From Basidiobolus meristosporus CBS 931.73 (taxonomy: Eukaryota; Fungi; Basidiobolomycota), in NCBI GenBank assembly GCA_002104905.1, contig MCFE01000217.1, positions 60,918-124,917 on the forward strand: 64,000 nt of DNA, given 5' to 3'. Shown piece after piece: positions 24,750 through 37,100 of this stretch; position 1 is the first letter of the stretch, and each line of letters opens with the position of its first letter. Below the pieces are notes generated by a model. It saw only the letters and a program-made list of their open reading frames with translations. It ran no database searches and was not told where the DNA came from. The translations under genes were made by a program, and so were the position numbers.

Positions 24750-27700
24750 AAGAAATGGATATGAATATATCCAAATGGCCACTGAAAGTGACTTGGATCA
24801 TTTCCTTCATGTTCCTGGTAATACTCACCAAATTCCTTGTTGAGATTTACCTTCAATATTTTCACCAAAGTATTTGGTACCAAGTACATGAGAATCCTCA
24901 AAGTTGTTCAAACAGCCCCAAACCTTGTGCACATGCCTTTGAAATCATCCTAAGCCTACTTGATGTGTTTATTTTACAAAACCATGTCAGTGTATCCATA
25001 ATACTGTAATAATCAATAAATCATTAAGTCAAAACCACATAATCTAATTGTTGTCCCAACCACTTCCAATATCATCAAGACTCTTGCAACAGGTTAGGAG
25101 CCCTAAGCTGTCACTCTCAGCAAACTCTACTACTGATATAATTGGAGCTTTCCACTCTGCTGAAAGGTTGAATGGATCTAACTACTAAGTGTGGAAGGTA
25201 ATAATCAAGATGCTGCTACAAGAAAGAAGCCTTTGAGATATTGTCATGGGAGAAGAATGCCATCCTGAAAACATGAGAGAGGAGGCCTTAAAGTACCAAA
25301 AGAAAGAACAATGTGCCATTAATTGTATTTGCCTTAATATTAAGGACAAATGCTAATTCAATGCTCAAGAGCAAGAACAATGTAGAATGCCTGGAAGGCA
25401 TTGGATGGCAAACACCAGTCATGTTCAGCTGCCAAGAAAATGTATCTTAGACAAAAATATCTTATTATTATATGCTGCCAGGAGAAGAAGTCATAATTCT
25501 GATTTATAAAACTGCCCTGCTGATGGATGAGATAGAATCTGTGGGTGTGCCAACTACTGTTGATGATGTGACAGTTACCCCCCTGGATAATATGACAGAC
25601 CAATTTTGGAGCCTTGTAGCAGCCCTAGAGCCCAGAACCAAAGACTTGACCTTAAGTTACACATATGAATGACTTCTGTATGAGAAATCAAGAGAATCAA
25701 GCACCAATAGGATTGAAGACAAAAACACTTCAATAAGCAATGATACCCTGCAAATAAGGTATTTAAGACCATTTAAAGGTAACAGCAACCTGTTTTGAAG
25801 CTACTGCAAAAGGAAAGGAAACGCATCAGACCAGTGCCTTAAGTAGGGAGATAATCAGCAGAAAAAGCCTGAATATGGAAATTGTTCTGAATAGGCACAA
25901 GACTGGAGAGTAGTGCCAGGCAAGGCAGTACCAGGAAAGGACTTGGGTGTGGATCAAGTAGGCAAGGATGTTTATTCAGGACCTGTGTTTATCAGACTGC
26001 AAAATACATATGGAGGAATAGGATTATAAATGCATTCCGGCAATATGGATGTTGGGAGTTATTGGCTTATGCTGATGGGTCCTGGTATGAAGCACAGTAA
26101 GTGTGTCAAGATAGATATATACAAAAGAGCAGACTAGAATATCACACCAGGATATGCCAGGGGTCAGCTGGTCATGTAACCAGGTCATGTGACATGCAAC
26201 TGCAATATATGGTATTGAACTACTTTAATTCTAATGGGAAGCTTCCATAGAGTATTCCATTGTGTAATGCTAACTTGGAGCTTTCAAGAAGTTGCTAGAA
26301 TGTAGTAGTACTTTCTGGAAGGAACTGGGATATATTTACCAACTTGATTTTGCCAGATGATTATAGGTCAAGGATGTTAGGTGATCATGCCAGAGATGCT
26401 GCAACAGCTGAAGATAGACTATGCATATCTGCAATAAATATGACCACAAACAAGGATTCTCTGAAGTGGTACATTGACTCTAGTGCATTTCAACACTTTA
26501 CACACCAAAAAGAACTTTTAAACCTATATCAAGAAACTCCAATCAAGAAAGTTTTCAAGGGTGACAATAGAACACTTGATGCAGTGGGAGAAGGAAGTAT
26601 CTAAGTAAACCATAGAAGCATGAAGAAAGCCACACACTCACCTTCTAGGAAGTACTCTATGTACCAGAAATAGCTAATATCCTACTTTTGGTAAGTAAGG
26701 CCACAGCAGAAAGACTCAGTTTTAGCTTTGACAATTCTGGATGCTGGATCACTGCTCAAAATGGGGCCCATGTTGCTTAGGTATCAGAGATCAGAACTTG
26801 TACAAGTGGACATATATTCCATCATAACTGGAAGTCAATATAAATAACTTAAATGAAGAAACACCACTGCTTAGGCACAGGGGATTTGGACACATCAATC
26901 TTGATTATTAGCACCATATGATCAGAGATCAGCAGATTTCTGGAGTAAAAATTGCTTCCCCAGCCAATTTGGTGCACTGGGAAGCCTGCATATATGTGAA
27001 AGAAGCCAGACAACTGCTCAAGAGCTCTGGGCTGATCAAATTAAAAAAATTGCATCTAATTCACCCAGATCTGTGTGGACCAGTGAAAAATTTATCATCA
27101 TGCAGGATGATGCATTTAGTCACATTTAGTGATGATAACATAAGATGTACATGGGTCTACTTCATGAAAAGGAAGGAAGAAGCCATGTCTAAGCTCAGGA
27201 AGTTGAAAGCTATGGAAGAGAGAGAAACTGGTGAAAAATCAACTATATCTGTTTTGACAATGATGAATAATATGCCTCCAAACTCTTTAGACTTGTTCCA
27301 TTGGATAGTGCCACATTGAGCCATGAGTGCCAAATGATGTCATAGTGTGCCAGGGAGGCTAAGTGAGCCTATACTTGGCCACAGAGTGTGAAACATAGAT
27401 CTGCATCTTCATGCAAAGCAGCCCCTGTGTTTCACCAATTGTGTTGGAGAAAATCCATTATTTGACCTTTTTTTTTAGGTCAATGTTGTGCAGGATGTGT
27501 AAGAGCACAAAAGGATTGAAAATATGCATTTGGTACTCAATACCCATGGCACTCTGAATCTAGCTCCTGTGGCTTGTAACATGTCACAACAATGCATGGC
27601 ACTATCTTGGTCCACTGGTACTATCTGGCACTATAAGTGCTTTGTATAGATCTTACTTTAGGGCTAATAACTAAATATACTTTGTGATTCTACTACATTT

Positions 27701-28328
27701 GAGGCATGGTATGGATACACATCAAGTGCAGAACATCCAAGAATATCAGGGTGCATAGCCTATGCCAAGAAACTGCCAGATATCAATCAGGATTTGAGCC
27801 AAAAGTGTAAAATGTGTTTTTTTTTGGGCTACCAAAATGAGAGTAAGCCATACAGACTCTATAATACCAAATAAATGAAGCTGATCAGGTCCAGGGATGT
27901 GCTGCTTAATGAAAAATCAAATTATTTGCAAAACATGACATTTGATGATGGCAAGAGTATGATCACAAGTTCAACACAGTCAGCATTGAATCAGAGCAAA
28001 ACAATGGGAACTTCTCACTCTAGAGGACTCTACAGCAATGGTTTAGTCCAAATCAGTGCCCAGGAATATCCCAGAACTGATCATTCCAGTATCACAAACC
28101 AGGAAATCCAGCAAGACCAGAAATAGTCCAAATTACAACATCAATGAGGGTACAAACTTAGCCTATGCCTTCTCAGTCCATATTGATGAGCCCTGGAATG
28201 CAAAAGAGGCCCTGAATAGCCCTCAGACAAAACTTTGGAGATCTGCTATGATTGAGGTGTATTGGACCCAGATGGAAAATCAAACTTGTCACTAAGTCAA
28301 ATTACAAATCAACCAAAAATCAATTGGA
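24750..28328 (+). mobile_element. Ty1/copia family-A copy, 3' truncated and interrupted (5' LTR ends 25091, PBS 25092-25103)
   Basis: LTR ...gcaaca is followed by ggttaggagccc. Gag start parallels 28894 onward. KWYIDSSAFQHF protease; LHLIHPDLCGP integrase; RT start near 28200. Confidence 0.85.
25883..26392. mobile_element. Solo LTR (family C, 510 bp) inserted between the copia gag knuckle and protease
   Basis: TG...CA ends with flanks GAAAT/GAGAT (one mismatch). The uninterrupted site ggaaatgctgc is seen at 29499-29509. Confidence 0.7.
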
Positions 28329-28566
28329 TGCTGCAGTAGGAGTTTTGGAGATATTGGAAGTGATTGGGAGAGCAAGTGGAATATGTGGTTCTCACTCAGC
28401 AATTTATTGAATGTGCAAGTGGTATTTATACTTTAACATGGTCTTGGCATACTAAACATGTAGAATAGGCTTAGGAAGGTCTCAAGAGCATGTTTGCAAA
28501 GTTTGGGGCATTTGGACAGCTTTGAGAACTTTCATGTTCCAGGTACCCAACATTTTGATGAAGATA
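28329..28566 (-). mobile_element. Inverted partial family-A LTR
   Basis: Similar to 6999-7240 and 17506-17750 in the same orientation. Confidence 0.75.
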
Positions 28567-28575
28567 TCAGAGGTA

Positions 28576-31500
28576 ATTGCACCCCAATATTCACTTAACT
28601 TGGTCACTTATATCATTACCTTCAAATCCTAGAGAATACTGACCAAACTCCTTGTCAGGATCTACTTGGATTATTTTCACCAAGACATCAGGTACTGAGA
28701 GCATGAAAACTAGACAAGTTGCCAAACAGCCCCAAACTTTGCACACATGCTCTTGGGACCTTCCTTAGCCTATTCTACTTGTTTGTTATGCCATAATAAA
28801 TACTACTTTTACATTTAATAAATCATTGAGTGAAAACCACATAATCTACTTGTCCTCCCAATCACTTCCAATATCTCCAAGACTCTTACAACAGGTTATG
28901 AGCCCTGCACTGTCACTCTCTGCAATATCTACTACTGCTATTACAGGAATCTTTCCCTTGGCTGAAAAGTTGGATGGATCTAACTACCAAGTGTGGAAGG
29001 TAAAGATGAAGATGCTGCTACAAGAAAGAGGCCTTTGGGATATTGTCATGGGAGAAGAATGCCCTGCTAAAAGTGTGGGAGAGGAAGCCTTAAAGTACCA
29101 GAAGAAAGAACAAAGTGCCTTTAACTGCATTTGCCTCAATGTTAAGGATAAATTGCTAATTCAATGCTCAAGAGCAAAACAGCAAAGAATGCCCGGAAGG
29201 CATTAGAAGACACAGGTTTCAAGGCTTTGTATCAGCCCTAGAGTCCAGAACCAAAGATTTGACCTTAAATTATGTATATGGAAGGCTCCTTGATGAAGAA
29301 TTAACCAAATCAATTGCCAATAAGATGGAAGAAGAAAATACTTTAATAAGCAATCATAACCAACAAAGGAGGTACCCAAGGCCCTACAAAGGCAACAGCA
29401 ACCTATTTTGCAACTACTGCAAAAGGAAAGGACACACATCAGACTGGTGCTTCAAAGAGAAAGATTGTCAGCAGAAAAAGCCTGAAAATGGAAATGCTGC
29501 AACAACTGAACATAGGCTATTCATACCTGCACTAAATATGACCATATACAAGGATTCTCAGATGTGGTATATTGACTCTGGAGCATCTCAACACTTTACA
29601 CACCAAAAGGAACTTTTTACCCAATATCAAGTAATTTGAATCACAAAGGTTTTCATGGGTGATGATAGTACACTTGATGCAGTGGGAGAAGGAACTATCC
29701 AAGTAAACCTTAGAAGCAGTGAAGAAAGCCATACACTGACCTTCAAAGAAGTACTCTATGTACTAGAGATAGCCAACAACCTGCTATCTGTAAGCAAGGC
29801 CACAGCAGAAGGACTCAGTTTCAGCTTTGACAATTCTGGATGCAAGATCACTGATCAAAATGGAGCCCATATTGCTTTGGGTATCAGAGAGCAGAACCTA
29901 TACTAGTTGACTTATATTCCATCATATTTGGAAGCCAATATAAGTAACTTAAATGAAGAAACACCTATGCTTTGGCACAGGAGATTTGGGCACTTCAATT
30001 TTGATTATTTGCGCAAAATGATCAAAGATCAGCTAAATTCTGGAGTAAAAATTGATCCCCCAGCTAGTTTGGAGCACTGGGAAGCCTGCATATATGGGAA
30101 ACCAGCCAGACAACAGTTCAAGAGCTCTGGGTTAACCAAAACTAAGAGAAAATTAGATCTAACTCACTCAGATCTGTGTGGACCTATGCAAGATTTATCC
30201 TTAGGCAGGATAAAGTATTTAATCACTTATATTGATGATTATACAAGATACATGGGGGTCTACTTCATGGAGAGAAAGGATGAAGCTCTGTCTAAGCTCA
30301 GGGAGTTCAAAGCCACGGTGGAGAGAGAAACTGGTGAGAAAATCAAGAAAATACGCTCTGACAATGGTGGAGAATTGCTGTGCATCAACATTTAAAACTT
30401 GGCCAATTTCTCTCCATTAGAAAATCTAGTACCCTAACTGATTTTCCCTAACCCAAACATAACTAATCCTTGTTATAGTTTATTTTATCACTTCTCAGAA
30501 TCTCTATTTAGCTGTCACCCCTGATCAATTTTCATGTGGTCATTACATCCTCTACTGATCTGCTAAACCTTTCCAAGTGATTAGTCATCTGAGCTTTATC
30601 CAACCACTTAGCAGTTGCCAAGACATCAGCCAATTAATGATGCAATTTTACATTTATTATATGCACCTATCAACACCCCAACAGATTTCAGTTAGTCCAG
30701 TCTCTTGGTGCTTACTAATGCTACTCAATTAGAAAAGTATAAATAAAGTTTACTGAACCTTTTGGTCTAGTGTATGTCTCAACAAAATTAAGAATTCAAC
30801 AAATACTTCAATGAGAGTAAAGCATACAGACTCTACAATTGCAAAGCAAAGAAGCTAATCAAGTCCAGAGATGTGTTGTTTGCTAAAAATTCAAAATTGT
30901 CACAAAAAATGACATCAGATGATGACAAAAATCTGATCTCAAGTCCACCAATTGTCAGGATTGAATTAGAGCAAAACAATGAAAGGTTTTTACTCCAGAG
31001 GACTCTACAACTGTGGTTCAGCTATAATCAGTGCCCAGGAATATCCCAGAAGTTATCATTCCAGTATCAAATGCCAGGAGATCCAATCAGACAAGAAATA
31101 GCCCAAATTACTATATCAATGAGGGTACAAACTTAGCCTATGCCTATTCAGTCCATATTGATGAGCCCCAGACTGTAAAAGAGGCCCTAAACAAATCAAC
31201 AAAAAATCAATTGGATGCAGATGGGTCTTCAAAACAAAATACAAGGCAGATGGTACAATTGAAAGATACAAAGCAAGACTTGTGGCCAAAGGATACTCTC
31301 AAACAAAAGGACTTGACTATACTGAGACCTTTGCACCAGTAGCCAAGTTTAATTCCATCAGATTAATATTGGCTATTGCAGCCAAATATAAGTTTTTTAT
31401 TCATCAAATGGATGTAAAAACTGCATTTTTGAATGGAGAACTTGATGAGGACGTGTATATGGACCAGCCTGATGGGTTTGTTGACCAAGATAACCCCCAT

Positions 31501-33005
31501 TTGGTCTGCAAGCTTAAAAAGTCACTATATGGTCTCAAACAATCACCGAGAGCCGGGAATTGCAAGATAGATTCTTATTTGGAATCTTTGAGTTTCAAAA
31601 GGAGTAACGCAGACAATAGTATATACTATAAGCCAGATAGAGCAAATCCAGTTCTATTAGATCTATATGTGGATGATCTTATTATAGCCACCAATAACCT
31701 AGAAACATTGAAAGAGACTTAATCCAGCCTGTCTAAGGAGTTCAAGATGTCCAATCTAGGAGAACTCAGTTACTACTTAGAGATTAAGTTCTCCATAAAC
31801 AGAAGTACCCTGACTATCACCCTAAGCCAATCCAAGTATATTCAAGATATACTAAAGAAGTACCAAATGGAAGACTGTAAACCGGCAGCTACCCCAATGG
31901 AGACAAACCTTACCTTGGTCAAAACTCAACCAAATCCAGAGAGCTTGGTGCCATCTGAGAGCCCTGACTTTCCTTATCAATCTATGGTTGGCAGTCTGAT
32001 GTATATTATGCTTGGAACACATCCAGATATCTCATATTCAGTGGGAGTTGTAAGCCAACATAATCAGAATTATGGATCTGATCATATTGCAGCAGTTAAG
32101 CGGATTTTTAGATACCTAAAAGGAACTGCTGATATCTGCTTAAGATACACTTATAAGGATTCAGAACAGGATCCTGTGGGATACTCTGATGCTGATTGGG
32201 GCCAAATTTGGAAGACAGAAGATCCACCACAGGATACACCTTTCTATACTGCAAAGGAGCAATTTCATGGAATTAAAGAAAGCAACCAACCATAGCACTT
32301 TCTACCACAGAGGCAGAGTATATGGCAGCCTGTGAAGCTACAAAAGTAGCAATGTGGTTAAGAAAGCTTTTCACAGATTTAGGCCTATGTCAAAAAACGC
32401 CTATTACTTTAATTCAGGATAATCAAGGATGTATAAAATTAGGTAGAAATCCAACTTTTCATGCTAGAACCAAGCACCCAGATATTAGACATCATTTCAT
32501 ACATGAAGCTATAGAGAATAACTTAGTTAGCTTAGTTTACTGTCCTACAGATGAAATGATTGCAGACATATTTACCAAACCATTAGCTAGAGACAAGTTT
32601 GAATATCTTAGGTCAAAATTAGGACTAGTCAGTATGAACATTTAGCTGAGTGGGAGTGTTGTAAAAATTCGTAATACCACCTAAATATTCACCTAACTTA
32701 GTCACTTAAATCATTACCCTCAAATCCTGGAGAATACTGACCAAACTCCTTGTCAGGATTTACTTGGAATATTTTCACCAAGACATCAGGTACTGAGAGC
32801 ATGAAAACTAGACAAGTTGTCCAAACAGCCCCAAACTTTGCACACATGCTTTTGGGACCTTCCTTAACCTATTCTATGTGTTTGTTACATGAAGACCATG
32901 TAACAGTACAAACGCCACTTCCACATTCAACAAATCATCAGGTGAGAACCACATAAACCACCTGTTCTCCTGATCACTTCCAATATCACCAAGCCTCTTA
33001 CAACA
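28576..33005 (+). mobile_element. Near full-length degenerate Ty1/copia element (5' LTR to 28893, PBS 28894-28905, gag-pol, PPT, 3' LTR 32657-33005)
   Basis: KLDGSNYQVWKVKMKMLL; CNYCKRKGHTSDWC; WYIDSGASQH; LWHRRFGH; HSDLCGP...SDNGGE; FAPVAK/QMDVKTAFLNG/LYVDD; GYSDADW; RTKHPDIRHHF..ADIFTKPL. PPT gagtgggag precedes the TGTTG...CAACA LTR. Confidence 0.95.
30379..30801 (+). mobile_element. Solo LTR of the chromovirus family, replacing part of the copia integrase
   Basis: Reverse-complement similarity to 8897-9340. Begins TGTGCATC and ends TCAACA. No TSD; copia sequence between DNGGE and ESKAYR is missing. Confidence 0.8.
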
Positions 33006-34125
33006 CCAACAATACATGGTATGGGGCAGCTAGGCAAGCAACACACTGAAAAGCTGCAAAGTCAAGGGGATAAAAGTGGGTCCATCACAGCAGGTGTGCA
33101 CACATGTTGAGGTTGACCAGCAGGAGGCCATGGTAAATTTTGGGTCCAGATTGTATGTGGAATTCCCACGGTCATGGCCCTATCAGCCAGCTCCACCCAA
33201 CCATCATTCAGGAGTACATTGTGGTGGCTGCCAGTTTGTTGCACCATCATGGGTGCGGCCCTTGCCAGCAGATATCCCCCCCTCCCCCACCCACCTACAA
33301 CACCCGATTGGAACCTACTGGTGGGCCAGTCGCTGGCTCCATGCCTCACAGCGATTTCTGACCAGGTCGGTGGACTTGCTGCACCTAAGAGTGCCCAGTT
33401 CCAATTGTGCGCGGTGTAGGTGGGGTCCCGGAACACCCGGAGCAGTTTTCACCCGACTGCACCTGACACCATGGTGTGGGGTGGACCTTGAATCCATGGG
33501 CACCGGTGCCGGGTTGGTTCCCCCGCTTCTCGAATGCCCACGGGGAAAGTCCCTCGGCGTCTCTACCGTTATCCCAGGGTTGTTGTGCGTGCTGATGGGC
33601 ACCGTGTCGTAGGTAAAAGCTAACCAGGCAAGATACTCTGTTCGGTGTTCCGTGCCGCGGCTCACCCCACAAGCGGCTCGTGACTAAGCGCACCACTTAC
33701 CACAGTAACACCTGGGCAACCTACCGGACTATTTACCACTTTGGGGGCTTTGTCCAGAACGAATTGTCCCGTTGGTGCCCAAATTGTGCGAGTGAGAGGG
33801 GGGATCCAACGGCCCAAGAGGTCCGTTGGTCAAGGTCGGGTTGGGTTGAGTTGGGTTTATTTAGTTTACAGGAATATATTCGTACAACCGGTGGTATGGG
33901 AAGGAAATGACGTTGAAGGCGAGGGTGCAGGTGCAGGTGCAGGTGATGGAGAAGACAAAGAAGGCATGGTTGGCTGATATGGATGGCGGGGCTTGTGAAA
34001 CGGGTGCGCGTGAGGTTACTTCTACGTGTGCGTGTGCTTGTGCTTGTGTGAGTGCGCAGGTTTGGGCGGGTGCGAAGGTATGGTAAGCGTAGGAGAGACG
34101 GGAGCGACGGGTACGCGGGATAGGC

Positions 34126-37100
34126 TCAGACGAATCCCTTCAACTGATTTTCCAGCAGCACTTTCTGGGCGAGTCTCATCAAGGTGTCGAAGTTGAAGTC
34201 CACGAACTTCCCCCAGCACGCGCTACGGCACCTAGATGGCCACGAGATCAGCACGGGTAGGATTTGGTGGGTGAGGGAGGGGAGCTTACCATTGGGTGGT
34301 GGTGTACTGCGGGCTAGGGATACCGTGAAAGATTCTGGTCACCGCGCGGGCTGATTACGATGCAGCGTTAGAAGGCGGTTGGACTGAACAGGGGGATGAA
34401 AGTGAGGGACACTAACCCGAGGCGATGAACTCTGACTGATGGGCCAGGAAGTTCTGCAGGTGGTACAAGACGGTACTGTCATTCTCGGTCAGGCCGGCGA
34501 TCAGCTCTTGGATCGTCGCGGGTGGCGTATACTGGGGCGGATGGCCGGCTTGGCTCTGGATCAGTTGGGTGGATTCGCTGAAGTACTGTCCGATGGATTT
34601 CTGCAGCTGTTCGGAATGTTGGATCCGCAGTGGACCCATGCGTTCCCCGGTCTCGTCAACTGTCGCATAGGAGGCCTTCAGGTGGTCCTGGGTGGCGATG
34701 GAGGTCATGATGTTGTATACCTAGGAAGGGGAAGGGGAAGGGGAAGAGGAAGAAGAAAGGTCAGCTCGTCGGTCGGGGGACAGATGTGGGAGGGAGATGA
34801 GCGGGGGTGTGGTCAGCACGTACCTGATCCACCTGCATAAGCTTGGTGAGTTCCTGGAATTTCGATCTGGAGAAGAGCTCCACCTTTAGGGAGTCGATGA
34901 ATTCGTCGTCCACATCCTGTTTGAACGGGAACTTCAGCAGCTCCAGGTAAAACGACGGCTCTATAAGCTCGAAATAGCCTTCCTTGCGTCGCTGCAGACG
35001 GTACAATTGTCCACGGAGGTCCTCGAAGGAGATGTCCAACATCTCACATATCTTTGGAGATAACAGGTCAGCTCACCCTGCTGGTAAGGAGAATAGTTCG
35101 GGAGGGGGGGGGGTACCTTGATAGGTTCGAACACGTAGGAGGTGCGGGTTTTCTTGGATTGCTTGATGATCGTCTCAAGACATGGGAATTCCTGGAACAG
35201 CTTCTCTGTTGGTGGCTTGTAGAAGCCAAGGTTGCACTTAGCAAACGTAGCTAGTGAAGGCGCCGTGTCAGTACGAAGGCGACTTTGGTTGGCCGATTCA
35301 ATTTACCAACTTACATGGGAGCATCCTCAGCGGGGGATCAGGAAACATGTTCATGTAGCTGAGTAACGTCTCGATCACTTCGCGTTTAATGTCCAGGTCC
35401 GCCTCCAGCCCATCCATCGAGAGACACAGCTGCAGTGGCCTGGAGAGGGTTCGCCCCGCGGCCATGTTTTCGCCTTCTTCTCTGCTTTCCTCTGTCTTGA
35501 CCGAGTTGGGGAATACCTTGAACAGAAGGCGTCGGATCGCTATTTCATCGACGCTGTCGCTGTAGGCCAAACTGCGCAACTTCGTGAAGTCCTCTTGGTC
35601 CACAAACATATGGCAGTAGGATGGCAGTCCATCTCTACCGGATCTCCCGATTTCCTTTGGAAGGCAAATGTCACCCTGCTGCTCCACACCCGCATGATGC
35701 ATGTGTGGCTTCACTTACCTGGACGTAATTCTCCATGCTCTTCGGGAGGTTGAAGTGGATAACGCTTCGCACGTCTAGCTTGTTCAACCCCAATCCGAAA
35801 GCGATCGTAGCCACCAGGATCCTCAACTTCCCGGTCATGAAGTTGGTCTGTGCAGTTTTTCTCTGGCTCGCCGACTTCCCCGCGTGGTAGCTGTCGGCCT
35901 GGAAATTTCGGACTCTCAGCTGTGAAGCCAGGAGGTCGGCTTGATTCTGGAGATGGTGTCTGGAGTAAGTATGGATGAGGTGGGATGATGTGGATATGGC
36001 TAGCAGCCGGTTACCTGGCGCATAACATAGATGATGATCGAGTTCAGTCCACGGAATGGCTCGGAGTTGAGCAGATTGATCAACGCCGTTTCCCTGTCAT
36101 GGTTTGTGTTAGCAGTCGTGGGGCGGTCCAGGAATGGAATGGACGTACCTATTGGTCTCCACGCTGACCGAGAGTTTCAGGTTCGCCCGGATCAGTGGGC
36201 CAGAGATGACCCCGGTTGTAGGATGGATTTCAAGCATCTCGCAGATCGAGGATTTAGTGGAATGCGTGGCGGTACCGGTCATAGCTAGGATGCACGGAAC
36301 CTTCAGTTTTTCTTTGAGGGTCAGGTTGACCTTCAAGTAGGACGGCCTGGCAAAGAGGGATAATGAGCAAAAGGTTCGAAACATCAGGGTTCCAACTGCA
36401 TTCACCTGAAGTTGTGAGACCATTCAGACAAGCAGTGCGCCTCATCCACGCATGCCAAGAGAATCCTCGGGAATCGATCGGCCTTGAGGAGGTTCTGGAA
36501 GTTCTCGCTCTGGAGCTTTTCCGGGGAAATGAACAGGATCCTGATTTCATTGGCAAAGATTCGCTTGATGATCTTCTTTTGCTCGGACTGTTGGAGAAAA
36601 CTCGACGTTAACACATGTGCCACACGCCCTGGCCGAAACTAAAGAGCAATACCGATTCTTGCATGCTGGTGAGGCATGCGCCAGGAAGTTCTGGGGGTAG
36701 GCAGCGGACCTGGTCCTGCATCAAGGACACCATTGGGGAGATGACCAAGGTGATAGATGGTCTGGCCACCTGAGACAGTACGTACGCAGGGATCTGATAG
36801 CATAGCGATTTTCCGGAACCTAGGATTGGATTGAACGGGGTCAGCTAAGGTCGATCCAGCGCTCGACTCGCTGCATAAAACTCAACAAACCGGTGGACGA
36901 GATAAGCAGAGTGGATTGGCAATCGAGTATACGTCGGATGGTGTCCATTTGGCCTGCGAATTGTAAGGAGTACGGGGATCAGCGACCGGCTAGCACTGGA
37001 CGATGTAGCAAGCCAACCTACCTTCTCGAAACGTCTCGAAGCCCCAGATGGTTTTGAGAATCTGCTGCACGTTCACGTTTACATCCTTCGGATCGGGCAA

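Noticed and set aside
33062-33696. Overlapping ORFs up to 178 aa next to the last LTR
   Set aside because: No motif was recognised. The RECQL4 reading already terminates at 34126, so these are not its exons.
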